Origin: Butyrivibrio sp.
GTDB lineage: Bacteria; Bacillota; Clostridia; Lachnospirales; Lachnospiraceae
DNA: 64,000 nt
NCBI GenBank assembly: GCA_015056575.1
Contig: SVGA01000015.1
Span: forward strand, 1,370-65,369
Direction of reading: 5' to 3'
Shown piece by piece: positions 63,073 to 64,000 of this stretch. The notes beneath the pieces are model-generated. The model was not told where the DNA came from and did no database searches. It saw only the letters and a program-made list of their open reading frames with translations. The position numbers and the translations under genes were made by a program. Positions within the stretch are counted from its first letter, which is position 1; each line of letters opens with the position of its first letter.

Positions 63073-64000
63073 TTAACCCTGTTTTTTACCCAGTTTTTCG
63101 CTCCAGAACTGGGATACAGCGTTTTTGACCGTATCAGTCGAAACCCGTCTGCACTCTCTCCATTCTCTCGGGAAAAGAGACCTGTACCCCGCCTGGGTAA
63201 AGCGATCATCCAGAAGTGCAGCCACTCCCAGGTCATCTTCGGTTCTGATCACCCTTCCGGCAGCCTGAAGTACCTTGTTCATTCCGGGAAATCTGTAGGC
63301 ATAATCAAATCCGTCCACCCCCGTATCATCAAAGTAGGCCCTCAATATCTCCCTCTCATTGCACACCTGAGGTACTCCCGGACCGACAACCATAACTCCT
63401 ATAAGACTGTCGTTCTTTAAGTCGATCCCTTCGCTGAAAATCCCGCCCATTACGCAGAATCCCACAACGCTCTTGTCCTCTACCACTTCCACATCCATAT
63501 TGATGATCTTCGAAAGGTCAATATCGTTTCCCGAGTTAAAACGCCCAAGGAAATTCTCTCTGTCCTCCTCGGTCATATAGCTGTGCTGTGCAAGGACACT
63601 CACCTTCTCGGCATCGTTATATTCTGCCTCATAAACCGTAAGAACATCCTCAAGAAACTGATGTGAAGGGAAAAATGCCAGATAATTTCCCGCTCTGGCA
63701 CTCACGATCTTGTCGATATATCCCGCAACATTGCGATACATTCCTTCATCCCTCATGGAATACCTGCTGGTCACATCGGTACCGATGAAGATCCCAAGCC
63801 TCGTGGGATCAAAAACGGACTTCGCATAAACTTCAAAATCCTCAGCATCCCCTCCAAGAAGCTTTTTGTAGTACTGAATGGGCAAAATTGTAGCCGAAAA
63901 CAGTATCGTTGAGATGCCTCTAGCCATGCAAGCCGCAAGATTCCTCGACGGATCCACGCAAAAGAGCCTCACCAGGAAGCTCCCGTCCCCGGCATATTCA
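63073..64000 (-). CDS. DinG/Rad3-type ATP-dependent DNA helicase, C-terminal part (gene continues past the window end)
   Basis: Helicase C-terminal motifs GGIFSEGIDL and LQAAGRVIRTEDDLG. The frame stays open to position 64000. Confidence 0.8.
   Translation of the reverse strand, partial: EYAGDGSFLVRLFCVDPSRNLAACMARGISTILFSATILPIQYYKKLLGGDAEDFEVYAKSVFDPTRLGIFIGTDVTSRYSMRDEGMYRNVAGYIDKIVSARAGNYLAFFPSHQFLEDVLTVYEAEYNDAEKVSVLAQHSYMTEEDRENFLGRFNSGNDIDLSKIINMDVEVVEDKSVVGFCVMGGIFSEGIDLKNDSLIGVMVVGPGVPQVCNEREILRAYFDDTGVDGFDYAYRFPGMNKVLQAAGRVIRTEDDLGVAALLDDRFTQAGYRSLFPREWRECRRVSTDTVKNAVSQFWSEKLGKKQG

Overview
This 64-kb chromosomal window is from a mid-GC Firmicute. Gene content looks clostridial or Lachnospiraceae-like, but that is inference only, since no database search was possible. 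I call about 47 protein genes, almost all on the minus strand, and most are housekeeping. They include rhaBA with a divergent AraC regulator, carAB, a single-chain purL, purA, leuS, valS, folC, class-3 fbp, nth and two GH3 beta-glucosidases. There are also three methyl-accepting chemotaxis proteins, three GGDEF/EAL proteins and an AgrCA-like LytTR two-component operon. I saw no rRNA, tRNA, CRISPR array, integrase or transposase. All product calls rest on motifs I recognise in the supplied translations. Several starts were moved inward from the ORF track to an ATG with a Shine-Dalgarno (SD) sequence, because the track also opens ORFs at TTG/GTG. The most interesting items are:
1. A 900-aa EF-G/Tet(M)-like GTPase is fused to a YacP/Rae1-type NYN ribonuclease domain and is translationally coupled to an unknown 139-aa gene (19188..22306).
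2. A free-standing 70-aa protein carries the FliM-type CheY-P-binding peptide LSQAEIDALI, and sits next to an MCP gene (32415..32627).
3. A noncoding imperfect palindrome of about 760 bp lies at 15021..15781. Related-looking rod-hairpin repeats sit at 8011..8397, a perfect 126-bp tandem duplication at 29837..30092, five 26-bp tandem repeats at 48769..48899, and a C-run tract at 49082..49216.
4. A LytTR/HPK10/GGDEF operon is preceded by a 400-bp spacer rich in ACAGTAA-type boxes.
5. A tightly coupled three-gene operon encodes a membrane protein, a phospholipase-C-like protein and a DUF308-like membrane protein (27213..29377).
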